Part shown: positions 20,687 to 32,382 of the stretch, piece after piece
How the letters are laid out: each line of letters begins with the position of its first letter
How positions within the stretch are numbered: the stretch's first letter is position 1
Assembly: GCA_963745235.1 (NCBI GenBank)
Contig: CAVUXE010000045.1
Location: 1 to 64,000, forward strand
Direction: 5' to 3'
Length of the DNA: 64,000 nucleotides
Origin: an uncultured Spirochaetota bacterium
GTDB taxonomy: Bacteria; Spirochaetota; Spirochaetia; SZUA-6; Fen-1364
The notes under the pieces: generated by a model
What the model was told of the DNA's origin: nothing
Database searches by the model: none
The model's input: only the letters and a program-made list of their open reading frames with translations
Program-made: the position numbers and the translations under genes

Positions 20687-21217
20687 ATGAGTGACACGGA
20701 GAAGGCTCTCGGCGCAGCGTACCTGCAGGATATCAGGTCGACTTTTGGCGCGTACAAGGCGCTCGGCGACAAGTCGTTCGCACAGGTGGACGGCACGGAG
20801 ATGCACTGGAAGGCCGACGAGGAGGCCAACAGCATCGCCACCATCATCATGCACCTGAGCGGAAACTTTCTCTCCCGATGGACTGACTTCCTGACCACTG
20901 ACGGCGAGAAGCCGTGGCGAAACAGGGATGGGGAGTTCGAGGAGCCCGCCCTGGGGAAGGAGGAGCTCCTGGCGAGGTGGGAGGCCGGCTGGGCGTGCGC
21001 TTTCGCGGCGCTTGACGCCATCCCGGAGGACGGTCTCCTGCGGGTGATCACGATCCGTGGGGAGCCGCACACCATCGTCAAGGCCCTGAATCGGAACCTC
21101 ACCCACTGTGCGTACCACGTCGGCCAGATCGTGTTCATTGCAAAGGGGCTGAAATCGGGGGATTGGAAAACTCTCTCCATGCCCAAAAGGAAGCCCAGGG
21201 GGTCTGAGCCGTCGTGA
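20687..21217 (+). CDS. DUF1572 / DinB-superfamily protein
   Basis: GGAGG-ATG; NSIATIIMHLSGN, SRWTDFLTTDGEKPWRNRDGEF and HCAYHVGQI. Confidence 0.85.
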   Translation: MSDTEKALGAAYLQDIRSTFGAYKALGDKSFAQVDGTEMHWKADEEANSIATIIMHLSGNFLSRWTDFLTTDGEKPWRNRDGEFEEPALGKEELLARWEAGWACAFAALDAIPEDGLLRVITIRGEPHTIVKALNRNLTHCAYHVGQIVFIAKGLKSGDWKTLSMPKRKPRGSEPS

Positions 21218-21233
21218 CCACGGCGGCCTGAGC

Positions 21234-22673
21234 GTGCTACTATACGGCGTGGCAGTGCCTGCTGGAACGCCCCCTGAGCGCAGCGTCTGGTGCAACAGGA
21301 CCCTCAACCTGCGCGCCATCAAGGCGGTTGGATACGACATGGATTACACCCTCGTGCATTATCGCACGGGGGAGTGGGAGCGGGCCGCATTCGAGCGCGC
21401 CCTGGGGCCGTTGGAGCGCCGCGGCTGGCCGGTGAAGGACCTCACCTTCGACCCCGCGAGCGTCATCCTGGGGCTCGCCTTCGACCTGGAGCTCGGCAAC
21501 CTCGTCAAGGCCACGCGCTTTGGCTACGTCATCAAGGCCCGCCATGGCACACGGCCGCTGTCGTTCGACGAGCAGCGCTCCGCGTACTCCAGCACCTTCG
21601 TGGATCTCTCGGATCCACGCTGGGACTTCATGAACACGCTGTTCTCCCTGTCCGAGGCGAACCTCTTTGCCCAGCTGGTTGACCTCCTGGACGCGGACAG
21701 GCTGCCGGAGACCCTTGGATACAGGGACCTGCACCATGTTCTCAGAACGGCGCTGGATGAGGCGCACAACCTCAGCGAGCTGAAGCCCCAGATCATGGCA
21801 GACCCGGATCGGTTCGTGGAGCTGGACCCCGAGCTGCCGCTGACCCTCCTTGACCAGAAGATGGCGGGCAAGAGGCTGCTGCTGATCACGAACTCCGACT
21901 GGGCATACACCCGCGCCATGATGAGCTACACCTTCGACCGCTTCCTCCCGAGCTCAATGAAGTGGCGGGAGCTGTTCGATCTCATCATCGTTGAGGCGCG
22001 AAAGCCGGGGTTCTTCTCCGGCCGCCAGGCCCTCTACAAGGTGACGGAAGAGGAGCAGGGGCTGCTGCGCCCCTCCCGCGGGCCGCTGGAGCCGGGGAGC
22101 GTCTATGTCGGTGGTGACGCGCAGCTGGTGGAATCCAGCCTGAGCCTCTCCGGAGCAGAGATCCTGTATCTTGGAGATCACCTCTTCGGTGACGTGCACG
22201 TCAGCAAGGAGATGCTGCGCTGGCGTACAGGCCTGATCCTTCGGGAGATGGAGTCCGAGATCCAGGCCCTGGAGAAATCGAGCGAGATCGACGCGCAGCT
22301 GTGGGAGCTCATGAGCAGAAAGACGGAGGTGGACAGGAGGCTCGCGCAGCTTCGCCTGGAAAGGCAGCGCCTGCAGAAGCGTTACGGGCCACGGCCCGCC
22401 GTGAGCCCCGCGGACCTGGAGACGTCCCTCCGCAGTGTCGCTGAGGAAAGCCAGGATCTGGATGCGCGGATAGCGCCGCTTGCGAAGTGCCTGGGAGAAA
22501 TGGGCAACGCTGCATGGGGGCCGCTCATGCGCGCGGGCAATGACAAGAGCCTTTTCGCCCGCCAGGTGGAGCGCTACGCTGATGTGTACACGTCACGGGT
22601 GTCGAACTTTCTTGCGCAAACACCCTTTGCTTACCTGCGGGCAGCGCGAGGCTCGCTCCCTCACGAAGGCTGA
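21234..22673 (+). CDS. HAD-IG family 5'-nucleotidase (cN-II-like)
   Basis: GYDMDYTL, LITNS, ARKPGFF, YLGDHLFGD and RYADVYTS. Confidence 0.92.
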   Translation: MLLYGVAVPAGTPPERSVWCNRTLNLRAIKAVGYDMDYTLVHYRTGEWERAAFERALGPLERRGWPVKDLTFDPASVILGLAFDLELGNLVKATRFGYVIKARHGTRPLSFDEQRSAYSSTFVDLSDPRWDFMNTLFSLSEANLFAQLVDLLDADRLPETLGYRDLHHVLRTALDEAHNLSELKPQIMADPDRFVELDPELPLTLLDQKMAGKRLLLITNSDWAYTRAMMSYTFDRFLPSSMKWRELFDLIIVEARKPGFFSGRQALYKVTEEEQGLLRPSRGPLEPGSVYVGGDAQLVESSLSLSGAEILYLGDHLFGDVHVSKEMLRWRTGLILREMESEIQALEKSSEIDAQLWELMSRKTEVDRRLAQLRLERQRLQKRYGPRPAVSPADLETSLRSVAEESQDLDARIAPLAKCLGEMGNAAWGPLMRAGNDKSLFARQVERYADVYTSRVSNFLAQTPFAYLRAARGSLPHEG

Positions 22674-22687
22674 CGCGGACCAGCCCC

Positions 22688-23305
22688 TCATGCCGGCCGT
22701 CTGGCCATGACGCAGACTGTCGGGACCGGTTTCATGACCCTGAGCTCGGTATGGACGCCCTCGAACCCGCTTGCCGCGAGCTTTTCCGCAATTCGGGATG
22801 CTGCCTGGATTGAGTCCTTTTCCGTTGCGCCCTGGCTTCGTGGTTGATGGGCAATGGCGATGACCCCGCCCGGACGCAGGCTTTCTTTCACCCGCTGGAG
22901 AACAGAGAGCGGATCCGGCCAGAATTGAAACGAATTGATATCCAGGACCTTGTCGAGCTTGTGCCCAAAGCTCGGCAGCTGAGATACCGAGGCCGCCATC
23001 AATTTCACATGTCCTGTCCCGACTGAGCTCCTGTTCCGTCGCGAAGCCTGCTTGACCATCAGCGGGGAGTGGTCTATCCCATACACCACTCCGTAGGGCG
23101 CCAGGTTGCTCAGAATCTGTATGGCGATGCCGGGACCAAACCCTGTCTCCAGGACATGATCGCCCGTGCGCACATCCAGCAGAGAAACGGCCCACTGTAT
23201 TCGTTCCCGGTTGGAAGTGCGATGCGACATGATGAATCCCACAACGTTCCCCACCGCTCCCCGTGGATTGCCGAACTGGCTGACGAGCTTCTGTCTCAAT
23301 TCCAT
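22688..23305 (-). CDS. Class I SAM-dependent methyltransferase
   Basis: QFGNPRG, VLETGFGPG, GIDHS and LRPGG. Confidence 0.88.
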   Translation of the reverse strand: MELRQKLVSQFGNPRGAVGNVVGFIMSHRTSNRERIQWAVSLLDVRTGDHVLETGFGPGIAIQILSNLAPYGVVYGIDHSPLMVKQASRRNRSSVGTGHVKLMAASVSQLPSFGHKLDKVLDINSFQFWPDPLSVLQRVKESLRPGGVIAIAHQPRSQGATEKDSIQAASRIAEKLAASGFEGVHTELRVMKPVPTVCVMARRPA

Positions 23306-23417
23306 GGCCTTGTCCTCCCGGCATACAGGCAGACGCGAAAGTCCCCTCTTTGTTGCATGACTTCATCGAAAGATTGAATTCCGTGCGCGTGCAGGGTACT
23401 GTTGATACGAAGGCCGC

Positions 23418-23798
23418 ATGCCGGGAAACGATGAGGATCTCAACAAGACTATCTACTCAGACAGCGCGGTGGGCCAGCGGCTTTCCAAGGTGCGGAAACC
23501 GGGCGCCTTGTTCATTGTCTTCCAGGGCAGGAAAATTCCTATTACGACCCGCATCACGGTGGGCAGGGATCCCGACAATATCATTTCCCTGGATGATGCC
23601 CTGGTGTCGCGTCGCCACGCGGTGATCCAGAAAGTGAAAGACGACTTCTTCGTCGAGGACCTCGGGAGCACCAATGGGACTTTCGTAAATGGCCACCCGG
23701 TCCCTTCTGGAAAATACGCGCGCCTGCACCCGGCGGATGTCATCCTGATTGGCCGCACCGAGCTTTCCCTGGAGCAATTCGGGGTACAGGGCTCCTAG
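23418..23798 (+). CDS. FHA domain protein
   Basis: VGR, VSRRHA and [12 protein letters not shown]. Confidence 0.92.
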   Translation: MPGNDEDLNKTIYSDSAVGQRLSKVRKPGALFIVFQGRKIPITTRITVGRDPDNIISLDDALVSRRHAVIQKVKDDFFVEDLGSTNGTFVNGHPVPSGKYARLHPADVILIGRTELSLEQFGVQGS

Positions 23799-23880
23799 CC
23801 GTTCACGGCGCGGCAGCGTCGGGCTCTGGCATGGGACAGTTGCCGGCCACAGAGGTGGAGGCACGGAGAGGACCAGGACA

Positions 23881-25641
23881 ATGGGGTGGTTCCTGAACTT
23901 GAAGGTGGGGAGAAAGCTCACCCTCGCATTTCTGATCGTCGCCTCGATCTCCGCGGTCATCGGGGCAATTGGAATCCGCAACATGGCAATCATCAAGAGC
24001 CTCGCTGATGACATGTACCAGAAGGAGCTCCTGGGAGTCCTTCACGCGCAGGACGCCAATCTGGACCTCATCTCCGTGGCACGAGCGGAAAAGAACATCA
24101 TCCTCGCGGCCAGCGAGGAGCAGCGAACGAAGTTCCTCTCTGACTACGAGAAGTACCTCAAGCAGCTGGACGATGACATCGAGAAGACCCGTCCCCTGGT
24201 CTATTCGGACAAGGCCATGCTTGCTCTCTCGCGGGTCGTTGACGCGGAGCAGGACTGGAAAAAGCTCAGCAGGCAGGTGGTCACCGCCGTCACGAGTGAG
24301 CCGCTCGACGCGACGAAGGATTCGGCCCAGCTCTCCATGGGTGAAGCCGAGGTGAAGCTCAACGTCATGGACTACCTGCTCAAGGATCTCGTTGTTCAGG
24401 AGAGAGACGGCGCGAAAGCCGAAGCGCAACGCACCGCTGCAATCTTTCAGCAGAACCTCATCGTGGCGCTTGCCTGCATCATCGGCGGTGTTCTTCTCAG
24501 CATCATCCTGGGACTGATCATCTCCCGCATGATCAACATCCCCCTGCGCAAAGGCCTCGAGTTTTCCCAGGCCATCGCGGCGGGGGATCTCACGCAAAGG
24601 ATCGACACCGACCGTCGGGACGAGATCGGCAAGCTGGCCCAAAGCCTGAACATCATGAACATGAAGCTGCGGGAGATCGTCAGCGCCGTCCAGGAGAACG
24701 CGGACCACGTTGCCTCCTCCAGCCACGAGATCTCGGCAAGCGCGCAGAAGCTGTCGGAGGGCGCCCAGAACCAGGCTTCGACGCTGGAGGAGACAAGCGC
24801 GTCCGTGGAGGAGCTCACTGCCTCAGTCCAGCAGGTGGCAGAGCACGCCCAGAGCCAGGCCTCCGGCGTGGAGCAGGGTACGGCCTCCATGACGCAGGTG
24901 CAGAAAGCCATGGATGAGGTCTCCCGGAATCTCACGGACATCGCCGCAATCGCCGGTCGATCCCTGGAAAAAGCCGCCGAAGGGGCGGCGGCCGTAAAGC
25001 ACGTGGTGGACGGTATCAGCCTGATAGCCGCCAGCTCCGAGAAGATCGGCGGGATCGTGGACGTGATCTCCGACATCGCTGATCAGACCAACCTGCTGGC
25101 CCTCAACGCCTCCATCGAGGCGGCCCGGGCGGGAGAGCACGGGAGAGGCTTCGCGGTGGTCGCGGCCGAGGTGAGCAAGCTCGCAGACAGAAGCGCTTCG
25201 TCCACGAAGGAGATTGCCGCTCTCATCAGGGAGAGCGTGAAGAACATCACCGAAGGCGTGGACACCGCCCAGGGCTCGCAAAAAGCGATGGAAGAGATCC
25301 GCGAAGGCGCGCAGAAGGCCAAGGAAATGACAGGGGGCCTCGTGAGCTCCATGGAACAGCAGGTGACGGCAATCCACCAGCTCGCTTCTGCCCTGCAGGG
25401 CATCAACGAGATGAGCTCCAGCATCTCTGCGGCAACGGAGGAGGAGACCACCAACGCGAGGCAGGTTTCCAAGGCGGTTGAGAATGTGAACGAGCTGACG
25501 CAGTCCGCGGCATCCGCTGCTGAGCAGATGTCTGCTGCCACGGAAAAGCTTTCGGAAATGGCGGAGAAGCTGCAGCGAATCATGGGACAGTTCAAAGTCG
25601 GAGAGGAGTCCACTCCCGCAGAACACATCCTGCCGTCCTGA
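23881..25641 (+). CDS. Methyl-accepting chemotaxis protein (TM-4HB-TM-HAMP-MA)
   Basis: [30 protein letters not shown] hairpin; GDL...DEIG HAMP. Confidence 0.96.
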   Translation: MGWFLNLKVGRKLTLAFLIVASISAVIGAIGIRNMAIIKSLADDMYQKELLGVLHAQDANLDLISVARAEKNIILAASEEQRTKFLSDYEKYLKQLDDDIEKTRPLVYSDKAMLALSRVVDAEQDWKKLSRQVVTAVTSEPLDATKDSAQLSMGEAEVKLNVMDYLLKDLVVQERDGAKAEAQRTAAIFQQNLIVALACIIGGVLLSIILGLIISRMINIPLRKGLEFSQAIAAGDLTQRIDTDRRDEIGKLAQSLNIMNMKLREIVSAVQENADHVASSSHEISASAQKLSEGAQNQASTLEETSASVEELTASVQQVAEHAQSQASGVEQGTASMTQVQKAMDEVSRNLTDIAAIAGRSLEKAAEGAAAVKHVVDGISLIAASSEKIGGIVDVISDIADQTNLLALNASIEAARAGEHGRGFAVVAAEVSKLADRSASSTKEIAALIRESVKNITEGVDTAQGSQKAMEEIREGAQKAKEMTGGLVSSMEQQVTAIHQLASALQGINEMSSSISAATEEETTNARQVSKAVENVNELTQSAASAAEQMSAATEKLSEMAEKLQRIMGQFKVGEESTPAEHILPS

Positions 25642-25762
25642 GTCAGGGGTCCGACGCGATTCAGCACCATCCCGCACGCTGTTTCGCTGATCCATCCGGT
25701 GGCCGAGCTTTGCTCGATCGTCCATATTACTATCGATGGCGTTTGAAGAAAGGAAGTTCCAG

Positions 25763-28449
25763 ATGAATCAGCGCAATGATGCCTCCGCGTATCAGCTTCC
25801 CCGGAGCGTGGTGCCCCGTCACTACGACATCATGGTGAGGCCGGACCTCACGTCTTTTCGCTTCAGCGGCCGCGTTGCCGTGGAGGTGGAGGTCCGCGAG
25901 CCGGTGGATCGAATCACGCTGCACGCGCTCGGGCTGAAGATCACGGGGGCGCATGTCATGGATAACCGGGGGAGCAGGCGGAATGCCGTCTCTACCCACG
26001 CAACGGTGAGCTTTGTCGACCCCGCGACGGGAGAGGCTCGCGATGAACAGTTCGCAAGCGCGGCCGCAATGGATGAAAAGTCCCAGACCGCCACGTTTGC
26101 CTTCTCCGCAACCCTTGAAAAAGGCCTCTGGACGCTCACCGCCGAATACGAGGGCAGCCTCGTGCAGCCAGGCCTCGAGGGCTTCTACCGCAGCAAGTGG
26201 ACTGATGAGAACGGGCGCGACCACTGGGCGGCCACGACGCAATTCGAGGCAACCCATGCGCGCCGCGCGTTTCCCTGCTGGGACGAGCCAGCTGCAAAGG
26301 CAACGTATGCTGTGACGCTCGTCATCGACAGACAGCTGACGGCGCTCTCCAACATGCGCGTCACATCGGAGACGGTGGAGAAGGGTTGGAAGACCATCGC
26401 ATTTGCGGCGACTCCCCGGATGTCCACCTATCTGCTCGCCTGGTGCGTCGGGGAGTTCGAAAGCTGTGAACCCGCATGGGCCAACGGAAAAGAGCTTCGC
26501 ATCTGGTCGGTGCCGGGAAAGAACGCTGCTCAAAGGCTACGCCCTGAAGTGCGCCGCCTATGGCGTGGAATGGTACGAGCGCACGCTCGGCGTTCCCTAT
26601 TTCGGCGGGGACAAGATCGACATGATCGCCATCCCGGAGTTCCGCTCGGGGGCCATGGAGAATACGGGGCTCATCACCTACCGCGCCACGGCACTCCTCG
26701 TGGACGAGCCGCATGCCACCGTCTCGGAGCTGCAGCGCGTTGCCGAGGTGGTCTTCCATGAGCTGGCGCACATGTGGTTCGGTAATCTCGTCACCATGGC
26801 CTGGTGGGACGGTCTCCCGCTCAACGAGTCGAACGCCACCATATTCGCCTATCTCGTGATGGCGGACTTCCAGCCGGAATGGCGCATCTTCAACTCCTTC
26901 GGGCTGCATCGCGCGGCGGCGTTCGCCCTGGACTCCCTCAACAGCACGCACCCCTGCTGGGCGCCCGTGGGACACCCCGATGAGGTGGAGCAGAGGTTCG
27001 ACAAGATCACCTACGAGAAGGGCGGGAGCCTGGAGTTTCAGATCCAGCAGTTCGTGGGCGCCGCTCCCTTCTACCAGGGCATGCATGTCTACCTGATGCG
27101 TTACAGCCACGGAAACGCAGAGGTCACGGACTTGTGGGATGCGCTGGAAGAAGGTGTGAAACAGGCCGGTGCGGATGTTCCCGTGCGGCAGATCATGGAC
27201 GCGTGGTTCCTCTCCGACGGCCATCCGGTTGTGACGGTCTCCCCGTCCAGCAAGCCCGGATTCGTCAGGCTTTCGCAGGAAAGGTTTGCCTTCCTGGGAC
27301 AGGGAGAGCCACGCGGGGCAGCTCTGGCCAATTCCCCTGCAGTTGCGCTATGCCGCGGAGGACGGATCTGTCCACCCGCAGAAGCTCATCTTCGCGGACA
27401 GGGAGCGGGAAGTCCCCCTCCAGAAGGGGTTTCGGTACGCGGCCGTCAACGCAGGCGGCTCGGGCTTCTACCGCGTGCGCTATTCGCCCGAGCTGCTGTC
27501 AGGCCTCCTTTCATCACCATTCGAAAGGCTCGAGGTGATCGAGCGATTCAACCTCGTCAACGATTCGTGGGCCTTTGTGCGCGCGCAGAAAATGGGCTCG
27601 GACTCGTACATCGAGCTTGTGCGAACGCTCTGCGCAGAGAGGGACCCGAGCGTCTGGAGCATCATCGGCGGCTCGCTGCAGACGCTCCACGGCATAACCT
27701 CTGGTGAGGACAGGGCCGCGTTCAAGAAGCTCATCCAAGGCCTCGTCAGGCCGGTGTTCGAGGATCTCGGCTGGGCGCCCAAGGCAGAGGAGTCAACGGC
27801 CGCTCGGGAGCTGCGCGGTTCCCTGGCCGCGCTGCTCGGCACGGTGGGGGAGGATGGGGAAGTCCAGAGCGCGGCAGTTGGTCTCTTCACATCCTGGAAA
27901 AAGGACCGCGACTCGGTTGACCCCAACGTGGTTCCCGCGCTCGTCTCGACCCTTGCGTACACCGGGGACAGGGCGCGTTTCGAAGAGTTCCTGGCTCTTT
28001 CCCGCGCGGCCGCCACGGACCAGGAGAAGCTGCGGTTCCTGAGGGCCCTGGGCGAGTTCCGTCTCCCCGAGCTGTTCAAGGCGGCAATCGAAATGATGAT
28101 GAGCGACGTGAAGACTGACGATGCTCCCTACATCCTCGGCGCCTACCTCGTTACAGAGCATGCCGGTCCAGCAACGTGGGAGGCCATCCGTGGGAGCTGG
28201 GCAAAGATACTGAGAAGGTTCCCGACATCAGGCACGGTGCGGATGATCGAGGGATGCTCTGCGCTGGACACTCCCGAGCTGGCGGCAGAGGTGGAGCAGT
28301 TCTTTGCCCGGACCCGGGTGCCCCAGGGAGACATGGCCGTGGCCCAGATGCTGGAAAGGCTGAGTGTGAACGTGCGCATGCGCAAGGAAGAGGCGCCGCG
28401 GCTCACCGCGTACCTGAAACGCGCCGTCCAGGGAAGGATGCAGGACTGA
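25763..28449 (+). CDS. pepN: M1 family aminopeptidase (frameshifts ~26525 and ~27310)
   Basis: TQFEATHARRAFPCWDEP, GAMEN, HELAH-x18-E and YEKG; ERAP1-like C-terminus. Confidence 0.88.
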
Positions 28450-28457
28450 ATGAAGAG

Positions 28458-29045
28458 CTAGAGCTTGCGAGCTTCCTGATTTGATTCTGCCAGCTCCCGA
28501 TAGGCAATCTTCAAGCAGTCATCGCACAGACCGTGGCTGAACTCCGCCTCGGAATGACTGGCGATGTAGCTTTCCACCTGGTGCCAGTACCCTTCGCCAT
28601 CACGGATCTTCTTGCACCTGGCGCAGATGGGGAGAATGCCTCTCAGGGTTCGCAGCTCGCTCATGGCGGATCGATACTCGGTTGCCATTGCGCTGAAATA
28701 GCCGATTGTTCCTCCGGTCAGCATGTAGACGAATGTTCCGATGGTCATGACCCACCCGGGAAGCGGGAGCGGAATCCCGACGAGCCGCAGATAGAGAGCC
28801 GAAAGCACCGAGGCCATCAGGCCGGCAAGCACTCCCGGCAACACGCCAAGGGCAAGGCCGACAATGGTAATCGGCAGGAGAAGGAGCATCCCCGATTCGA
28901 ACGCCCGCGTGAAATACGAGAGCAGGAAGTACCCGACAAAGCTGACGCCGCAATAGATTGCAATCACCACGAAATGACTCTTGATCCAGTACGGCTCCGG
29001 TCTCCTCGTCATCAGGTGTTTGAAATCTTCCGGAAAGAACCCCAT
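28458..29045 (-). CDS. Membrane protein with C-terminal LPICxxCKKIRD...SHGLCxxC domain
   Basis: About 4 hydrophobic helices, then LRGILPICARCKKIRD...FSHGLCDDC. Confidence 0.8.
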   Translation of the reverse strand: MGFFPEDFKHLMTRRPEPYWIKSHFVVIAIYCGVSFVGYFLLSYFTRAFESGMLLLLPITIVGLALGVLPGVLAGLMASVLSALYLRLVGIPLPLPGWVMTIGTFVYMLTGGTIGYFSAMATEYRSAMSELRTLRGILPICARCKKIRDGEGYWHQVESYIASHSEAEFSHGLCDDCLKIAYRELAESNQEARKL

Positions 29046-29106
29046 TTCCGTCTCCCTTTCGGCGGCAGACCCGTCTCAGGCCAACCTAACCGATTATCGG
29101 CGGAAA

Positions 29107-29604
29107 CTAAAGTCTCTCCTGGATCTGGGTGATGTGGTTGATGTCATGTCCTGCCAGCATTTCCACCACGCGCAGGACCGTCTCTCTTCCGCGCTCGGAG
29201 TGCATGCCGTACAAGCTCCAGCTCTCCGGGGGAAGGCCTTTCAGCAGGCGAACCAGCCGTTCCCGGGCCGCGCGGAAGGCCTCCAGTGAAAGCACCGGGT
29301 CGTGCTTTGCGTAGTCGGAGAACTTTGCCCACGCGTCCTGGTCAATGCCCGGGATGGGCGGGCTGCCGGCTTCGAGGATGATGCGGATGCGAAACCCGTA
29401 GACAAGCTCGGAGTCCGCCAGGTGAGCCAGGATCTCCGTGACTGACCACTTGTCAGGGGCGGGGCGCCGCGACAGCTTCTTCCGCGGCGCACCCTTGATG
29501 AGCCGGGCTATCCGGCGCGGACTGGCGGCCAGGATTTCCATCGGATTCTTTCCCTCGATGTAGCCGAGGATTCTCCGCGTGTATTGCAGGGGTGTTTCCT
29601 GCAC
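29107..29604 (-). CDS. DinB family protein
   Basis: KWSVTEILAHLADSE and GHDINH. Confidence 0.88.
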   Translation of the reverse strand: MQETPLQYTRRILGYIEGKNPMEILAASPRRIARLIKGAPRKKLSRRPAPDKWSVTEILAHLADSELVYGFRIRIILEAGSPPIPGIDQDAWAKFSDYAKHDPVLSLEAFRAARERLVRLLKGLPPESWSLYGMHSERGRETVLRVVEMLAGHDINHITQIQERL

Positions 29605-29613
29605 GGCAGAATC

Positions 29614-29904
29614 CTACGGGAAGAGCCCGGCAGGCAGGCGACCCAGGGGAAAAAGAGCGCGCGTCTTCACGCGCGCTGCCTCAAAGCTCTCGAGGCGCAC
29701 CGTCGCAGTCCGGAGAGCCTCCACGACGATCCTGCCTCGCCCCGCGAATGTGACCTCGTTCCCGGCGATGAGCAGGGAGTCTTCCTGACGGCCGCTCGCC
29801 GTCACCCACAGCCTTCCCGCCACGCACGAAATACGGCAAGGCCTTCCCGTGAGCCGAAGCGATGCAAGCTCACCCCGCGCCAGGATGAAAGTTGATGGAT
29901 TCAT
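29614..29904 (-). CDS. DUF2917-like protein
   Basis: ISCVAGRLWVT...ED.LL.AG...VVEAL. Confidence 0.65.
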   Translation of the reverse strand: MNPSTFILARGELASLRLTGRPCRISCVAGRLWVTASGRQEDSLLIAGNEVTFAGRGRIVVEALRTATVRLESFEAARVKTRALFPLGRLPAGLFP

Positions 29905-29989
29905 ACGGTGAAGAAAGCAAAAGCCGGGGCAGGAAACCACCCGGTTCTTGCTGACCCGAAAGCCCCGCTAAGGCCCAGAGAATGGCGAC

Positions 29990-30250
29990 CTACTGCTCAT
30001 AGCCCTCGACGACTCGCGTCGGGCGCACCTGCGCCACGTCGGGGTCCTGGCCGAACTCGCGCCGGGCCCGGCGTTGCCGCAACAGGTCCCAGCACTTGTC
30101 GAGCTCCACCTGGAGGTTCGCCAGACGCGAACGGTCTTTTTCGTCGAGCTTCCCCTGGCTGTAAAGCTCGTGTTCTTCTGCGACGAGCCGCTTGATATGG
30201 CCAAGAACGGGCTGGTCGCCCTTGTCCTTCATCTTTTCCGTCATACGCAT
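29990..30250 (-). CDS. DUF2630 family protein
   Basis: LVAEEHEL...LDKCWDLLRQRRA...VVEGYEQ. Confidence 0.85.
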   Translation of the reverse strand: MRMTEKMKDKGDQPVLGHIKRLVAEEHELYSQGKLDEKDRSRLANLQVELDKCWDLLRQRRARREFGQDPDVAQVRPTRVVEGYEQ

Positions 30251-30326
30251 CCTTCAGTAGAAAATACTCACGGCCCTTTGCATCGGCGAATCCGTGGCTG
30301 GACTGTCCCGGCGCCTGCAGGGCGCG

Positions 30327-31265
30327 CTACACGAGCACGCATACCGTCAGCCAGGCAAAGACCACCAGTGGATAGAAACAGGCCATGTTGAAGAACCGAA
30401 GCGCCTCATCCGGAGTCTGGTGGCGGAGCCAGCGCGACAGAGGTACGAGGAGCAGCGCGATGCCCGTGGCCGCCGCACCGGGAAGATAGGCTGCGGTCTG
30501 CGGAATCGGAGCCACGAGGGGGAAGAGCAGGCTGAGGACGATGACCGCGGAGACGAAGGCGAAGGAGATCCATGAGGCCGCCTTCCGGCCGTAGCGCACG
30601 GGGACGGTCCTGATGCCGAGGTGCTTGTCCTCTTCCAGGTCGCTCCAGTCGTTGGGAATGTTCCTGCCGCCGATCTCCCAGGCGAAGGCCCAGGCGAAGA
30701 ACACGAGGACCATTGCAGGGCGGGGCGCCGGCGTCACCGCCCAGACGCCGGCCAGGCCGCCCACGCCCACCATGAGCCCCGAGAGCAGCCCTTTCCAGTG
30801 GCTCACGCGAAGCAGCTTGCAATAGGCGGTTTCGAGGATGATGGCCCCCAGGAGAAGGCCGGCGCAGACGGGCCGGAGAAGGAACGCGAGGATGAGGGAA
30901 AGCAGGCCCCAGGAGACGACCCAGGCAATCCCCGCGCCATAGCTCAGGCTGTTCTGGGCCAGGGGATGCCGCTGTCCCATCGAGTCGAGATCGAAGGTTG
31001 CGTGGTCGAATCGATACCGCGCCATCTTCTCACGGTCCACCTTCACGTCGATGGCGTCGTTGAGCGCGAAGACGCAGGTGTAGCCTGCGAAACCGGCAAT
31101 CAGTCCCATGATGATGGTGCGCACCGACGGCGCGCCTCCGAGGACCACGGCGGCGAGCGCTCCGCCGACCGCCGGATGAGCCACGTCAAGCACGGAATGC
31201 GTCATCCGCGACAGCCCGAAGAACTTCCTGAGCGTGACGACTTCCCGCAACTGCGCTTCTGCCAT
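30327..31265 (-). CDS. UbiA family prenyltransferase
   Basis: Asp-rich ALNDAID and NDWSDLEED motifs; RHPL; multi-TM. Confidence 0.9.
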   Translation of the reverse strand: MAEAQLREVVTLRKFFGLSRMTHSVLDVAHPAVGGALAAVVLGGAPSVRTIIMGLIAGFAGYTCVFALNDAIDVKVDREKMARYRFDHATFDLDSMGQRHPLAQNSLSYGAGIAWVVSWGLLSLILAFLLRPVCAGLLLGAIILETAYCKLLRVSHWKGLLSGLMVGVGGLAGVWAVTPAPRPAMVLVFFAWAFAWEIGGRNIPNDWSDLEEDKHLGIRTVPVRYGRKAASWISFAFVSAVIVLSLLFPLVAPIPQTAAYLPGAAATGIALLLVPLSRWLRHQTPDEALRFFNMACFYPLVVFAWLTVCVLV

Positions 31266-31278
31266 GTGACTCTCCTTT

Positions 31279-32243
31279 CTAAACCGGGACACCCGAGGCG
31301 CGGGCCCCGGCCCTGCGCGCGCGGAACATCCCATAGCGGCACAGCCCCCTGCCGAAGGCGAGGCGCATCAACAGGAAGGTGGGGACTTCCCGCAGGGACT
31401 TGATCAGGCCCACAAAGCCGAAGCGCACCAGGCCTTCGGGCCGGAGGAGCCCCTGCCATATCGACGCCATCCAGGACGGCAGGGTCTCCGGGGTCCAGTC
31501 TGCCGTCTCCACGCTTCCTTCGACAAGCCCTGTTGCACCCAGGAGCTCGGAGAAGCCCTCGATGCTCGAGAAAGCTGGATGCGACCACTGATCCAGGAGC
31601 TGCCGCATGACCGGCTTCTCCCAGAAGCTCAAGGGCCTGTGGCGATCGTCCCTTTGATTCCAATCCGAGACAACCAGCAGCCCTCCGGGCTTGAGAACGC
31701 GCATGAGCTCTCTCGCAAACACCGCCTTGTCAGGCATGTGCGGCCCCGCCTCGACCGACCACACTATGTCGAAGGAAGCGTCGGGGAACGAAAGAGCCAT
31801 GGCGTCGTCCACGAGGAAACGGACGGGAAGCCCCCGCGGCGTCAGCTCCACGGCACGCCTGATCTGGCTCGGGCTGATAGTGACGCCGGTCACCTCGCAT
31901 CCATAGTCCCGTGCCAGGATCCTGCTGCTGCCGCCTATGCCGCACCCCACATCCAGGATTGTCGTCCCGGGCTTGAAGCAGTCACGGCCCCCCCAACGCA
32001 CCATCTCGTGCACGAAGTCCTCTTTGGCCTTGAGGAAACCCTTGCGCCGGGGGGGGAGCCGTAATGACCCAGGTGGATATGCTCGCCCCAATAGAACTCC
32101 AGGATACCGTCTTCAGTCCACGAGTCGTAGGAATTGGCGACGGTGCTCGACGATTGATAACGGCGGGCCGTCACCGCGTAGGAGACTGTAGCGATGGCCA
32201 CCAGGGCCACCAGCACACAGAGGACCACAAGGAAGGCGGTCAC
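31279..32243 (-). CDS. MPBQ/MSBQ (Sll0418-like) prenylquinol methyltransferase (frameshift in a homopolymer ~32050)
   Basis: N-terminal TM; VANSYDSWTEDGILEFYWGEHIHLGHY, LDVGCGIGGSSR, EAGPHMPDK and LLDQWSHPAF. Confidence 0.8.
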
Positions 32244-32382
32244 AACGCTGGCTCCTCGACTGTACGGCGCGCGGAATGGTTGATGGTCACTGTGCTTCCG
32301 TTTCAGAAGCCAGTCTACTGCCATTCGACATAGCGTCAAGGCGGGGTCTTCGGTAGTATGTTAGATCCCTGCGGGAGGAAAG

